Shown: in pieces, positions 39,801 to 53,400 of the stretch
Layout of the letters: each line of letters begins with the position of its first letter
Position numbering within the stretch: the stretch's first letter is position 1
Source of the DNA: Pecten maximus
Lineage: Eukaryota
Reading direction: 5' to 3'
NCBI RefSeq assembly: GCF_902652985.1
Contig: NC_047017.1
Span: 7,564,001-7,628,000 of the forward strand
Length of the DNA stretch: 64,000 nt
Made by a program: the position numbers and the translations under genes
Notes under the pieces: generated by a model
Told to the model about the DNA's origin: nothing
The model's database searches: none
What the model saw: only the letters and a program-made list of their open reading frames with translations

Positions 39801-42800
39801 GTGTTTCCTATCAAGAAATCCTCTCTTGAACAGCAGTTCGATAATAAAAAACGAAAGAATGAGCTTCAGTCATACATGTATTAAATGCTTCACAATTTTG
39901 TTATTGATATATAAGTGTAAAGAAATGAGTATTATATTTCTTTCAAAATGTGTGATTGTACAGTGAAATTTCAAGTTCAATACCATGGCTTTGTATGAGT
40001 CTATCAAGCTTAATCGCATGTCTCGATTCAGTTGCAAGGTATTGCCAAGAGAGTTCATCCTAAAGACCTTGCGGTTTTTACTTAAAACCTCAACATGCAT
40101 ATTCAAGCAAAGTTGATAGAGGTTATATCAATAAATCGACTGGCTCTGAACTGAATTGTTGCTCCTCTGCGATATTCAAAATCAAACGCATGAGTTAAGC
40201 GATTGGTTAAGGTTTTTCCTTACACCCAATTAAATATCTACGTTATATGCCTTCGATTTTGCCATGACATATTCCTGGGTGTTGAGAGTGTGCAAGTTAA
40301 CGTAGCCCCTGGAGTATCGAGGATGGTGTAGTCACAACACTTCAGATCGCGTTAAAGTGTAAGTTTGTGAAGTTTGAAACAAATCCAACGTAGTAGTTTT
40401 ATACTGTTCTATCTAATAGACTGTATTTTGCTCTGTAAACATACATTTAGTAAGTCATTGATGCCGGTAAAAGTGAGAGAAAATGTTCTCTCTAATACAA
40501 GCATCGAAAACGTCATACTTCATATTACACAAGAAACAAAAATCTCAACGATATCATAATCATAACGACAATTTCTTATTACTAATTTATCTACATGACG
40601 AATGAGATGAACCCAAACAGGCTCGTTTAGGTAATTTATCCGATTGGTCGGCTTCTCGTACCATTTCATCATTTGGGTGGTGTTACCACGTTACAACACG
40701 CGCGGTTTCTTCAATGCTATCACATCCTAATTGTCGTGATAATGCGAGACCTCGTTGACCGCTCTGGCAAAGTACACTGCCTTACGTAATCTGATTTATT
40801 AGGTTATTGTTTTACAAAACCATTATATATTAAAATCCCCGTTGAAGGTTACATAATATTTGATTGAGTGAACCCGATACATAGGAGTGACATTAGACAA
40901 CAGCGAGATTGTATTGTTCATTTTTATGCAAACGGTGTTGATATTTGGGCGTTTCAAGCCGTAAGATACGTGTCTTAGCGAGCCGAAGTATTCATGCAAT
41001 TTCCAGACCACACCTTGCACAATATGTGAACATTGTTGCCAATATATTATATTTTCATCTTTACACTGATAATACATTTTTTGTATAATGAAACACACAA
41101 GTACATATGTTAGGACTGTTTTCGACTTAAATGCGTCGGAAACTGCTCATTTGTAGGTCAAGTTCAGTAAGCCAATCGGGAACCTTCGACGTGCTCCGTA
41201 AACATTTAAAATCAATAATGTCTCGTTTACGGAGATTGCCGAATGTTTCCGATTGATCAAAAGGGGAATATATTTTATTGATGTCGTCTTTCGAACGTTC
41301 TAATTAAATACCTGGACATATACATTTGATAATATTTCAAAGTTCATATGTAAATAGTACTATGGCATCTGACTACATAGATCCTATATTTACATTCTGG
41401 AAGTAGAATTATACAAACCGGCATTTCATCGACTGTAATTACTGCTTGGTGTCATGTGATTTTCACTAATGACGACGGACCGGAAACGCGTCCATGATTA
41501 AATATAACACCGCAGATGTAATGTAACTAGTAAGTTAGAGTTCTGCTAGCCATACTGATCATTTTCAGCAAATAAAAAAACGTACTTCCGGTGATACGAC
41601 GTACGGTATACATACATCTTCACCATCATAAAATAAAACACTATTAGTGCCGCTAACCTTCGACTTCCAACCAAATGGTCGGCGTATCGTGCAAGTATTG
41701 TGGCACAAACACTCCAATGTAGCTGTGTCGTATGGTGTGATAGGCACGCACCATATGGTGCGATACATAGAAAGATGTTGCTGAAGACCTGTATCTGTAA
41801 TTAAAAGGCATATCTACACCAACATTCGTGTATCAGAATGTTTGATACATGTGCAATCTTAAAGAAACGTGTTACCTGGCTTCGAATGGTGCATAATTTT
41901 GCCCAGAAGCGAGTACCAAATTTTGAACGAATACAACAATCAATGGATAGATTATGCCAAAAATACAACAAAAAAAAAAAAAAAAAAAAGTAAAAAAAAT
42001 AAATATAGAGTGTGTTGCGATGTTCATACTATATATGAACAATGCAACTACAAATGTATATATTATATAACAGGTTTAGTTGAAATAAAATATACCTTTT
42101 GAGAAACTGAGCTTAAAACGAAACATTAACATTCATATTCTCAGGGTCCCCAATTTCCAGAGTCACTGAACCATACATTCTGGTAGATATTATACAAATA
42201 TATCATGGGTGTCTGTGCACTAGTCCAGAATATTTGACTCGATGTACTGGTAATCGACTGATGTTCTATTGCACGAAGCCGAAGGCATGACATACTTGTT
42301 TTATTAAATAATCGCTAAGACACTGAAATCCCGACTTTCCTGTAGGCCTTAAAGTTGCCTGAAGCCAACTCGAATTGCACTCTTCTTCTCCTTCTAGAAT
42401 ATATCTTCCCGTCACTCGATCTGTAGCTCTTCTGCTTCTGGAAGATCTTCTACCTCTTCTGTCTCGAAGCTGGAAGACTTATCTTCCAAGATGGCGGCGA
42501 CCATGTTTAAGTGTGCCAGTGATGAGTTTCACTAGAGAAGGATTTATGACACATACATGCACATGTTTGTGTCATAGTGTTTGAGAAAACTTGTTGTTTT
42601 GCGTTATGTTCTTCCGGTTTACTCGATTTACATATAACGGAATGCGATCTTCTGAGAAGGCTTAATTCTCTTCCGAGAAGATTGCAAATCGAGTTGGCCT
42701 CTTGCAGTATTGACATCCGAGTGACTTAGACGCATAGTAAGGGCAGTACTAAATTCGAAACGTCACAGGTGTGGTTCGCACGTGACCGTACAATAGTCAA

Positions 42801-44972
42801 TTTAGCCGTGCAATATATCAAAACTTAGCTTATGCCTATGGTTAAAGAAAATCAAACGCAATATGTAATATTGTGTGATTTGTGATCTAATTATATACCA
42901 ATTTTATCTAAACGCAAATCTTATGCAAAAGTGAAATGTTGATGACGCCGCCGGAGAAGCAACACCTGGCTCACTTGAAACATCGCCATTTTTCGTCGCA
43001 GGCGAGAAAAAAAAACAAAAAAAAAAAACGTTACTGTACATATTTTGTGATGTCATATCTAATGGCTATGACTGCAGTGATGCCCGACATGGAATGGTAT
43101 TTATTTCCTTTAAGAAAGAATGGTTATCTCTTCTGATATTTTGCAATTAAAAGAATAAAGCGTAGTGAAGTATCAGATTTGGAATCACACTTACCTTAGT
43201 GATGTCACAGGAAAAGAAAATGACACACAACAGAAATTGAAATAATTCGATAAACATTTTTATTAGACAAACGAAACATAATTCGCAACTCTTACCAACA
43301 AAGAAAATAAACAAACAAAATGAATAAATAAATAAATGAAATAAATAAATAAATCAAATGAATAAATAAACAAATGGACAGAAAACACAATAAACAGTCT
43401 CATTTCTTTTCAGAATGACAAAAGTCCTGCTTGTTGAACGTTCCTCTTCCAAAATATCACTTTTTAATTCCGTTTTACTTGCAATTGTAGTGTTCTTGGC
43501 CGTCGTCTTCGAAATAGATGGACACACTCGCCTTCATTGAAGTTTATCGGGAAAATGAAATAAAATTGTTATAGTTGGACTTAAGATATACGGAACTCTT
43601 CACATTAATTCCATCACGAATTTCGAAAATTACGTTGCTATTATCAGCTCAACATTACCAGAGACTTTCAACAGGAAGACCTATCCACAGACTCAGAATT
43701 TTTTGACTACATCGTTAATGGTTGACATTTGTTACTGTTTATTGACTATCAACGCGAAAACTTATTTTCAGGGTCTGAATTGTGCATTTTACCGTTTGAT
43801 GTCAATAGTTCTTGCAAGAACATTACTTTTTTCATGGCTTGTCTTCAGTGTTTTTGCATATCGTAAGTATAGTAATAATCAAACCTCGGTGAATATCATA
43901 GCTAGCCCGTAGATATAAACGGAACAAAATACTTTTTGTTTAGTGTACTAAATTGAGCTAACGTTGCTGTCGAAACGAAATTGTATTCGCATACAGTGTT
44001 GGCTTTTTCACTATAAAAAAAGTTTCTAGCAAGTTGCGTAACTGGTATGATATGGCAAGTTCTAGCGAATAACTCGGGGATCAAGGTGCTAAATGTGTTT
44101 TCTTTACAATCTTTGCGATGTTCTTAAACTGGGGCTTGCCATAACCTTGCATGCGACGTTGATTTTTTTTGGATAATGGCACCAGTTCAGAATATACACA
44201 TGAATTTCATGTTTGTAAAGTGTTCCAATATCTAAAACATATTATGAAATGGATTCAATTATGAGGCTAATGCACATTTCTTTCTTTATTTGTAGACCAA
44301 TTTGATCTTCCCAATTCCCCTTCAGGATTTCCACACTTCAGATCCCTAGTACATGAGCCCGTGAAGTCCCAGAAGGATGGAACAACTATATGGCGACACT
44401 ATTCATATATATTTTAATTGTATTTCAATATTTATTGGAAGAGGAGGAGCGAATTCCATAGAGTTCCCGGGGGAAGGTCTTATTTTCATGCTCAGTCGTA
44501 AGACAGTGGTTGTTCCAAATGACGAATTGCATTTTTTTAAAAATCAGGGCTTTGCGCCATTCTGAGATCATACCCATGGTTAAAACACTGTTTCTTTTTC
44601 ACTCCCATAATTTGAGACCACAAGTAATTACGATAGCTGAGGAGTTACAGTGCACAACAAGCCAAAATTTCTACGCTTAGAATATACTCTGAACTTGAGA
44701 CATTCGTTCGAATCATACTCGTGATCTCGTCAACAATGTTGCGACGTATGCGAGTTTGGTCATTTTAGTCGCTTGTAAGAGTGATTGCGATGTTATGGCG
44801 ACATCAGTATAAAAGGCCTCCAACTCCTACTTTGTGATTAAATGTTTGTTCTCCTAAACGAGATATCGTATCTGTGGCCAATTTACCTGCTCAGAAGATC
44901 AGGAGCATTGGAACAACTGATGTGATATGACAATCACATTTCTTTTGTAGAATCACCACTCTCATCACATAC

Positions 44973-45197
44973 TGTTTCTTTGTTTGTTTTTGTTTAACGT
45001 CATATTAACAGCCAGTGTCATTTAAGGACGTGCCAGGTTTTGGAGGTGGAGGTAAGCCGGAGTACCCGGAGAAAAACCACCGGCCTACGGTCAGTACCTG
45101 GCAACTGCCCCACGTAGGTTTCGAACTCGCAACCCAGTGGTGGAGGGCTAGTGTTAAAGTGTCGGTACACCTTAACCATTCGGCCACCGCGGCCCCT
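44973..45197 (-). mobile_element. Full-length tRNA-derived SINE, same family
   Basis: Reverse complement of the 33714 copy with few differences. 11-bp TSD tcatcacatac. Confidence 0.95.
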
Positions 45198-46599
45198 TCA
45201 TCACATACAAACTCGCACAGAAGTTGCAAACTCGTTATATGTCTAAGACATGTTGAGCTAAGATCGTATCCATGTCTTCTGAACTTGAAACTGAACCGGT
45301 AGCATGTCGAAAGACAATTTATACAACCAGAAGCGAAACGCCGTTAATTTTCACCACACAAAATTGGACAATATTCACACTAGATCTTCGACGTGTGTAC
45401 GGAATGAACGTGTATATCCATTTTTTTTCTCGAGTTATTTTTAGATTGCAATGTAAAGCGATATACAAGTCCTATGCCACAACCGACGAGCATTAACTCA
45501 ACACATCTCCAAACCGAAGATAGCGTGACCCGGTCAATATCGGCATACTCAACACACTTGCACTACTTTGATGTGCTTTATTAGAATTTTGGTTCCATAA
45601 GGTGACCATTATCTATGTTGAAATTAAATAAATGTATGTGGATATCAATGTGGGCTTGATACATCAGAGGCCAAGGGGAAAATAAAAGGAACTGGGGAAA
45701 TATGCCCGAAACATTTCAACGATGCCAGATGTGCAGAAAGTACAACGGTTTCTTGCATTTACATTCGCATAACGGAAATGACAAGATCTGATGATTGAAG
45801 TTAAATCCCTTTGCTATATTTTCGAATTTCATTTCCAGCGGATCAAGGTGTTTTGCGATCGGTTCTCTTCGCGGATTAAACCACATATGAATTGTTGGCG
45901 ACCTTTTAGGTGAATTTCGGGCGTTTCTTCTAAACAGCTATATGTACTAATTAATATTAAATTAAATGGACTCCAAACACGCAACATGTATCTAGAGGGA
46001 AAACCATGAAATGTTACATTTGTAAACATCAGTATTTCATGTATTTATAAACACAATCAAGTCTCTGTAGTTATCATGATGAGATGTGAAGTGCAATCTG
46101 ATCTAATGGAATATAATATCTTTCCTTCTCAGAAGTGGTCAGGTGAATCCTTAGATTCAAATCAAATATTGAAAATATGTCACCAGAATATCGACCATTC
46201 AGGGGTTAAAACGAATTCACAAAGAGTGTTAGAAAGTTTTTTCCCCCCCCCCCCCCCCTTGAAAATGATTTGGTGTCCCTCGAATAATATAAGAATTGTT
46301 TGCGGCTATTAATCTAAAAATAAATTGTTTGTAATAACAAAGTTGCATGTTAAACTTGACAAATATATTCAACAATATTGGATCAGTTTTAATACACACG
46401 TTAGTAGACATGGGTATCAAATAAACCAAGTTTGAAACACGTATATATATAAATACATACTTACATTTATAAGGATCTTCCATGGAGACGTAAGAAGTAT
46501 TTAACATTTGCGTTTTCAACTTTGCGATCCGTAGTAGTTGGATCTTTATGACGGGTAAATGATATAACGGTCGTTTTTCGATGAAACAACTTGCATCTT

Positions 46600-48085
46600 C
46601 GCATTTTTCAAATATTAAGTTACGAGGGCTTTTCATGAAGCGGCCGTATTATCGAGACTCCTTCCATTAAACAGAATATGAATTCAGAGATATTTATGGA
46701 GGCCGGTTTTCATAGAGACGAAATTCAGACCAATCATTATTTAGTAGTGCAATCATTCAAATTAAAGGATAGTAAGAAAAATGCGGATCTATCTCTTTTA
46801 AAGTAGGTTCCTAAACTTCATAAGAATCCGGAAAAACTACCTTTTATCGCTGGCTCGAGTAGTTTTCCAACCTGGTTTTTATGCAAACTTCTTACTACCA
46901 TTCTTCGAGCAATTAAGGCAGGGCTGTAGTCCTGTTGGTATACTGCTTACTCCAGAGAATTAATGGAATGTGAATTTTGGAAGAAAACAAACCTTTTGAT
47001 TAATCCTGACCATCCACTTCTTAAAACACGTCCTCTATCAAAATGTTTGTCTTTTCCACTACTATTCCCCATTCCTAACTTCGTTCTCTTGCGATGAGAA
47101 CTTTCTTATATAAGAAAAGCGAACGCCGTTATTATAACTACATAGTTGTGAAGTGTACGGGAGCGTATTTCTTTATACACCGACCGAAGATGAAATCGTG
47201 AGAATTTCTGATAGACATAATTTTTTGTTGTGTTTGGTGACTAGATCTTCCATCAGACTTTTGGGACATCCATAGGAACAAACTGTGCCCTTCTGTTAGC
47301 AAGCTTATTTGTTCTCATACGAGCAGGATTCTATTGAAGAGCGCATCAGAATAGGTAATGGATACCTATTAATGGATACCTTCAATTTAACCAGTTGCAA
47401 CAAAGCTGTATAATAAGCATGATGATAACAATCTCTCAAATGTTTATATAAACACCCCTGTTTTCCGAACCCTGTTGATTCGATATTCAAGGAATTGTTC
47501 TCATTACAACAATGTATGTGGTACATTTTGACTATCGACAGAAAACAAGATTTAGAGATATGCAGGTTGATAAAAGACCACGGGGAAGTTCTTTTTCGAC
47601 ATATCATGATCTCAGTTGGAAAAACACGTATTCTATACCCTTTTACGATATGAAGTAAGACGTGTTCAGGGCTTGTTGATATGCCCACTGGGCCATCACC
47701 CTAGTTCCTAATCGAGAGTGTGACTCTACCCGGATGTCGCCGATTTGACCTTGATTGGTATGACGGGTATCGCCGATTTGACCTAGATTTGTATGACTGG
47801 TGTCGCCGATACGACATAGATTGGTATGACGGGTGTCGCCGTGACCTAGATTTGTATGACAGTGTCGCTAATACGACAGATTTGTATGACGGGTGTCGCC
47901 GTGACCTAGATTTGTATGACAGGTGTCGCCGATGAAACAGAGGTCGCTTACCCTTCCGGGACACATACTCATATTCCCCTGGTACTTTTCAACGATCTCC
48001 GTGCAAATCTATATTTTTGTTCATATTTCACTTGGTAGTTAGACCTACGGTTTTGTTATAATGTCGGTATTCTTCATTGTTTCTG
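46600..48085 (+). mobile_element. Decayed Penelope-like retroelement (RT resembling the Naiad-type clade)
   Basis: Frameshifted remnants: KLRGLFMKRPYYR (cf. L..KGPKYRE), VPKLHKNPEKLPFIAGSS (cf. IPKLHK.P...RFIAGSS), FVFSTTIPH (cf. FDFSTLYTTIPH), FLID..FG..IFHQTFGTSIGTNCALLLASLF (cf. GIPMGTNCAPLLADLF). Followed by a repeat array and the family 3' tail. Confidence 0.75.
47725..47935 (+). repeat. 30/33-bp tandem repeat, about 6.5 copies
   Basis: Unit gacgggtgtcgccg(att)tgacctagatttgtat. Confidence 0.9.
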
Positions 48086-48999
48086 CCACTGACGACTTCA
48101 AAATCTACAAAATCTGACAGTGCAATGTGTGGAAGTATCAAAGTTCACAATGTCCCAAAATCATCTGATGTATCAGTTGTCAAAATAGTTGTCTTTAGTA
48201 TGTTGCAAACTGAATGAATGCGCTAGAAAAACCCAATTGCAAACTGAATGAACTGAACTACGATATGCACGTTCATTCAGTTTGCAATTAAGTTCCTCTT
48301 TCAAACCAGCATTAATCTAAAAAAAAAGTATTCCTTACAAAAACTTATAATTACACGTAATTCATAATTAAGGCCGAAACCAATATAGATATGCATTAAT
48401 TAAATAATTTAATTACGGATTATTATTTTTTTTACATATCACTACGTTCAAACATCCCTTCCTTGGCCTCTTGTGTGAACGTGCCTGACGTCACAGAAAG
48501 CTAAAACAAGTATCAAAGTATGAGAGTATGAAACAAGCTTTGAGGATAGATGTTCTTATTGCTAGACGCTGGTCAATTAGTAGCCTGTGATGAAATAACG
48601 GGAGTGCACAAGTATCAGTTCAGGAAAAAAGCAGCAATTGCACGTGACATTTTCTTTTATAGCGTGCGTCATGACCAGAGGTGAAATATAATGGGAATAC
48701 CATATCATTAAATGCATCAGTGGAATTAAGGGTGCCATCGTGACAGGTAGGTTGTTTATATTCTGTACTCATAAAAGTCGGACGGAAACTTATGTAAGCA
48801 GACGACGCTTTATTCGACCGACATAGGCATAATTCAATCCAGTCACGATAAACTCATTCTTTACATTGTAAGATACGAAAAACGTATTCAAACATTTTAC
48901 ATTGTTGCAGTTCGCTTTTGTTTACAACACTGGGTGACAGCGAATAGAAACAATAGTACTTAAAGTAAACAGGAATCTCATTCATGAAAAAGAAGTAGT

Positions 49000-49930
49000 T
49001 CCGTTAGGAACAGTGAATAGGTAATTGTAACACCATGGAACAAAGTGCCAAATCTGTTGAAATTACATTTCGGTATCAATTCCAGAACACAGAGATGACC
49101 GTTTCAAAGAAAACGGTCTTTGCTCATAAGCCAAATACCATATCCGATATCACTCTAGCAAAAAGTTAAAGGATTATGAAAGTTGAAAATTATTTCTGTC
49201 AATTTGAACCATTTTTGTCCCCGCCCCCGGAGGTCAGTCGGGCTAACATTTGCATACCACCAATCTGCCTTCAAAAACTGCTAATTCTAACCAAGTTATA
49301 ATCTGTTCCAAAAGAAATCCAACAAATGATAATAAAAAATGTGAATTCTCTGTATAAACGCTACTAAAACATACCTCCTCCTCAAGGGCAAATGTCAGAC
49401 AACAGGGTCATGAAATTTACAATTTTAGTAATGCACCTGAAGACCCTTCTATGGAAAGTTGCCCGAAGGGTCAGTCAGGGCCATCATGCTTATACCATTA
49501 TACTGTCCAATGCTAATAATGTTAACAAAGTTAGAATGGATTGCAAAAGAAATCAAGCAAATGATGGTGAACAATGTGATTTCCCTATATCTGTATGAAC
49601 TATAATAAAGTGTACCCCTCCCAAGGGGCAAATGTGAGGGTTATGAAATTCACAATTTTGGTAAAGAACACTAAGACCCTTCCATCTATGAAGACTTTTG
49701 AACTTTCAGTCAATTTGACCCATTTTGGCCCCATCTCTCAGTATTCCGAGAGGTGGGGACCACATAATTCACGATTTTGGTTGACATTTGGCCATTGAAA
49801 GTTTCTGCAATATTTCTTTAAAATTGATTTAGGGGTTTCTGAGAAGTCAAAAATGTAAATTACAGCGCACGACGACGGACAAAAGGCGATTAGAATAGGT
49901 CGCTGAAAATTTGTCTCATGTGACCTAAAA
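49000..49930 (-). mobile_element. Helentron-like non-autonomous element (HINE-like)
   Basis: Internal duplicated caagggcaaatgt..gggtcatgaaatt.acaatttt..aagaccctt units. Right end gcacgacgacggac...aataggtc...gtgacctaaaaa is typical of this class. Confidence 0.55.
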
Positions 49931-52869
49931 AAACACTTCCCATCTTGTGTTTATGAAATGATATTTAGTGAAGGCTTACAAAAACAAAACTGCATTTGTA
50001 CCATTAAAATATTTTAATAGTACGCCATGAAGATGTATTACATGTACAAATATTATCAATATAAATTGACCAATCTTTTGCACTCGAACAAGCATTTAAA
50101 ATACAATATTAAGCAAGTCGGGCACTTCAGAACCATCAAGTTCATTGGCCAGGTCAGCATTTCATAATGCTTAGAAGTTAATTACAATGTACTACTATTT
50201 AAAGGCGACTTTGGACTTGCATCAGTTTCTCTGCATTACTCATCCATTAGAGTTCCTTTCTACTGCATTCATGAGTCGTGTAATACACTTCCTGTCCTTC
50301 CTTCTCGGGAAGCTGAACTTCCTTCAGACACAAAAAATGAAATTCCTATTCTAAATCCACCAACTATCACTGCAATTCACCAACAAGTCTCTCAGTTTCT
50401 CCTGCAGGAAAGATGCACTACAATTTGACCTGTCCATCCTCTGGTCCCTGGTTCCATGTCTGTGCAGATTCGTTTGTAAAATATTAGGAAATCCAGCCAC
50501 GATAAGATGTCAACATCTCTATAAAAAAAAAAAGACTCGGCCATCTGTCGCAGCCCGTGCTACTGCACTTTTGCATGCAGGAATGTCTTCACAAAGCTCA
50601 GGGTGTGGTGTATACCAACATCCACAATATCCATCATCGAGAGCTGACTGGCAACTGGATCAAAATGGTATTATTTCAAATTACATTTACATGCCAACCT
50701 CGACAACGAAAGTTACAAAATAACGACGTGCGACTGATATCAAAATAGGTTTTTTGGATATCATACAAAAATATACATATAGAGGTATTTGGTGCCATGG
50801 AATAGACGGAGTTATGCAAGAGCTGTTTCAAATATAATTGTGGCTGAACAAACCGTTTCGAAAATAGATAAATAAATAAATGTAAATTTTCGTCCAAAAC
50901 CGATCGGTTCTAATTTCTAACCGATTATGACACAAAATCACCTTGAATTGACATTGATTGAATTGTTTTCAGGTTCATCTACTTCAAGGACACCAATACC
51001 TTTAGCCAATTTATTGATTCGGTCGTTTGCAATTCGCTTTAATTAACAATGACTTTCAAGATAGAACATATGCATGACAAATATACTATTATCAACAAGA
51101 GGCTCATGGGGTTTTCATCACTCACCTATAGAATACAAATTCTAGCGTTCAAGCGTGCGACACTGTATCCAATAGAATACTGAATATATGTAGCGTATTT
51201 TAGCACAAACAAATCAGCGTGCTGTGCTGAAAAGTACGAATAAATCGGATGTGTTGTGCTGAACAATGTGATACAGCACAACAAAATGTGCCGCATCAAC
51301 TGTATTCTAAAATTTATGTATAATACAAACAATATACAGCTTAACTTTAGTTTTGGTTGTTGTCAACATTCAACCAGATATAGGCAAGACTGTAAGTTGG
51401 TAAAAGATCATTCGGTTTGGTGAGATAACTGATGGCCCTAGTGTACAATAATAGTATATACTGCCCTTATTTACTAGAGTAGTTCAAAGTGAATTCCACT
51501 GAAATGGTATGCTACCTAGCAGTATTTATAGATACTCGAGATGAAGATTCCAATTAAGGTTTTGTTTTGTTCAAATATATTAGTTGTTGGGGTTCCGTGT
51601 CTTCACGACAACTTAAGTCATATGGGGAGTATACAAATGCAATCCTAACTTAAACATCAATTGCCCAGTACGATTTTCTACCCAAAGTACAAAAGCAAAA
51701 GTTAAATCACACAGTGCATATTTCCTCTTTAGACTTCAATCTTTACAGATATTGAATATAATCGTCATAATGTACAATAGGGACGGGTCTTGGAAGAGGT
51801 ACTCTACATCGACGGAATATCGAGATTACACATGATGTTCATGATCATTTTCTCCACAGAAAACATTGCAACTAGCGCAGTTCGCCGAGAAGTATTTGAA
51901 AGTGTTTCAATCTCGGTGTGCTTGTAGGCGAGAGTTCGACATCGGCTCCTGACGTAACACTTAAACTAATCGCATGTGTTCACTTAGAATGAACTACATG
52001 TACGTAAAACATCCATCCGGAATTATGTTGTTCCTCAAAACACACACAAAAAAACAATACAATAAAAATTCATTTAAAACACCCGGCAAGCGAAAGAATA
52101 AGAATTCTGAACATTCTTTATATATCTTAAAGGATACCATAATACACCCCTCAGCAGAAGTGACAGGGTCAGACAAATAAATCGTCTCTCGGGAGTTCCG
52201 AACCCGGAGTAATTGAAATACTTAAAATCCATCATCTTTTTTCTTTGTTTTCATTCTCTCTGTATATATGACCAGAAGTCGTTTAAATTCGAAAATAACT
52301 AACAGCTCAGTGCACTGAACTTAAGTTTATTATATATCTACGTGTACTATGGTGAAAAGCATTTTTTTTTCGTAAAGAAAAAATATCCATCTACAGTTTA
52401 TTGGTATTTGTTGCGAATTTCCGATAGTGAAATACGAAGTTTTACCCGTTGATCGAATGTCGCATAGAAATTTTTTTTTACAGAAATATATCACATTTCT
52501 TCTCGTTTATTCTCGTGTATGTAAGAGCGTGCTGTAGTTTGACTAAATATCAGTTTATATAAAACAGGAGTCATGGCAGAACTTTAACAACTTTTACTGG
52601 ATTTCTATGCGATATTCAACAGTTTTATAGTAAATGGTTAAATTGCATGGAAACTCCTTTTGGAAGACGTCTTCGGACTTTGCCTCTCCCCAGTTTGCAT
52701 ATACTTCTAATCGCAATCTTCCTTATTTCTGTAGGTTTTCTCAGGTTTTTCTCATTCCCTAAGGTTTTTCCATTGCTGTATCAAATTTTTTTTTTCCGCT
52801 AGATTTTCTGTTCTTCACCAAACCACATTTTTGCCATGGCGATCACCTCTATATTTTCATCATCTGTGT

Positions 52870-53400
52870 AACACTAGTTCTTCGGGCTTTCCGCCTCCAT
52901 ATCAAATCATCATTTAAAGAGATTTTCAGTCTTTTCATCAAATCTTCTCTGCGTTGGCAATTTGCATCAAATCATTCTGCGTTTACAACCTACATCAAAT
53001 CATCTGATTTTCCATCTTTACATCAAATTGTCTCGATTTTCTATTATATCCTTATGTTCCATCTCCGCATCAAATCATCATTTCCTTATCTTCAAACTCT
53101 TCAGCAAATCATCGTTTCCAGATTTTCCATCTCTACATCAAATCATAATTTCCAGATTTTTTTCATCTCTACATCAAATCTTCATGTCCTGATTTTCCGT
53201 CTCAGCGTTAAATTATGTCCTGAATTTCCGTCTTAGCGTTATATCCTGTCCTGATTTTCCGTGTCTGCATCAAATCATCATTCCCCGATTGTTATTCTGC
53301 ATCAAATCATCATTTCCTGATTGCAATTCTGCATCAAATCATCATTTTCTGATTTTCCATCTGTTTTCAAATCGTTATTTTTCGGAGTTGGCAATCTCGC
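52870..53400. repeat. Degenerate ~30-33-bp tandem repeat
   Basis: Recurring tctgcatcaaatcatcatttcctgattttccat. Confidence 0.7.

Noticed and set aside
47913-47975. SECIS element (ATGA...AAA...stem)
   Set aside because: A helix and an apical AAA are present, but the 3' GA of the non-Watson-Crick quartet is missing or out of register in both window copies.
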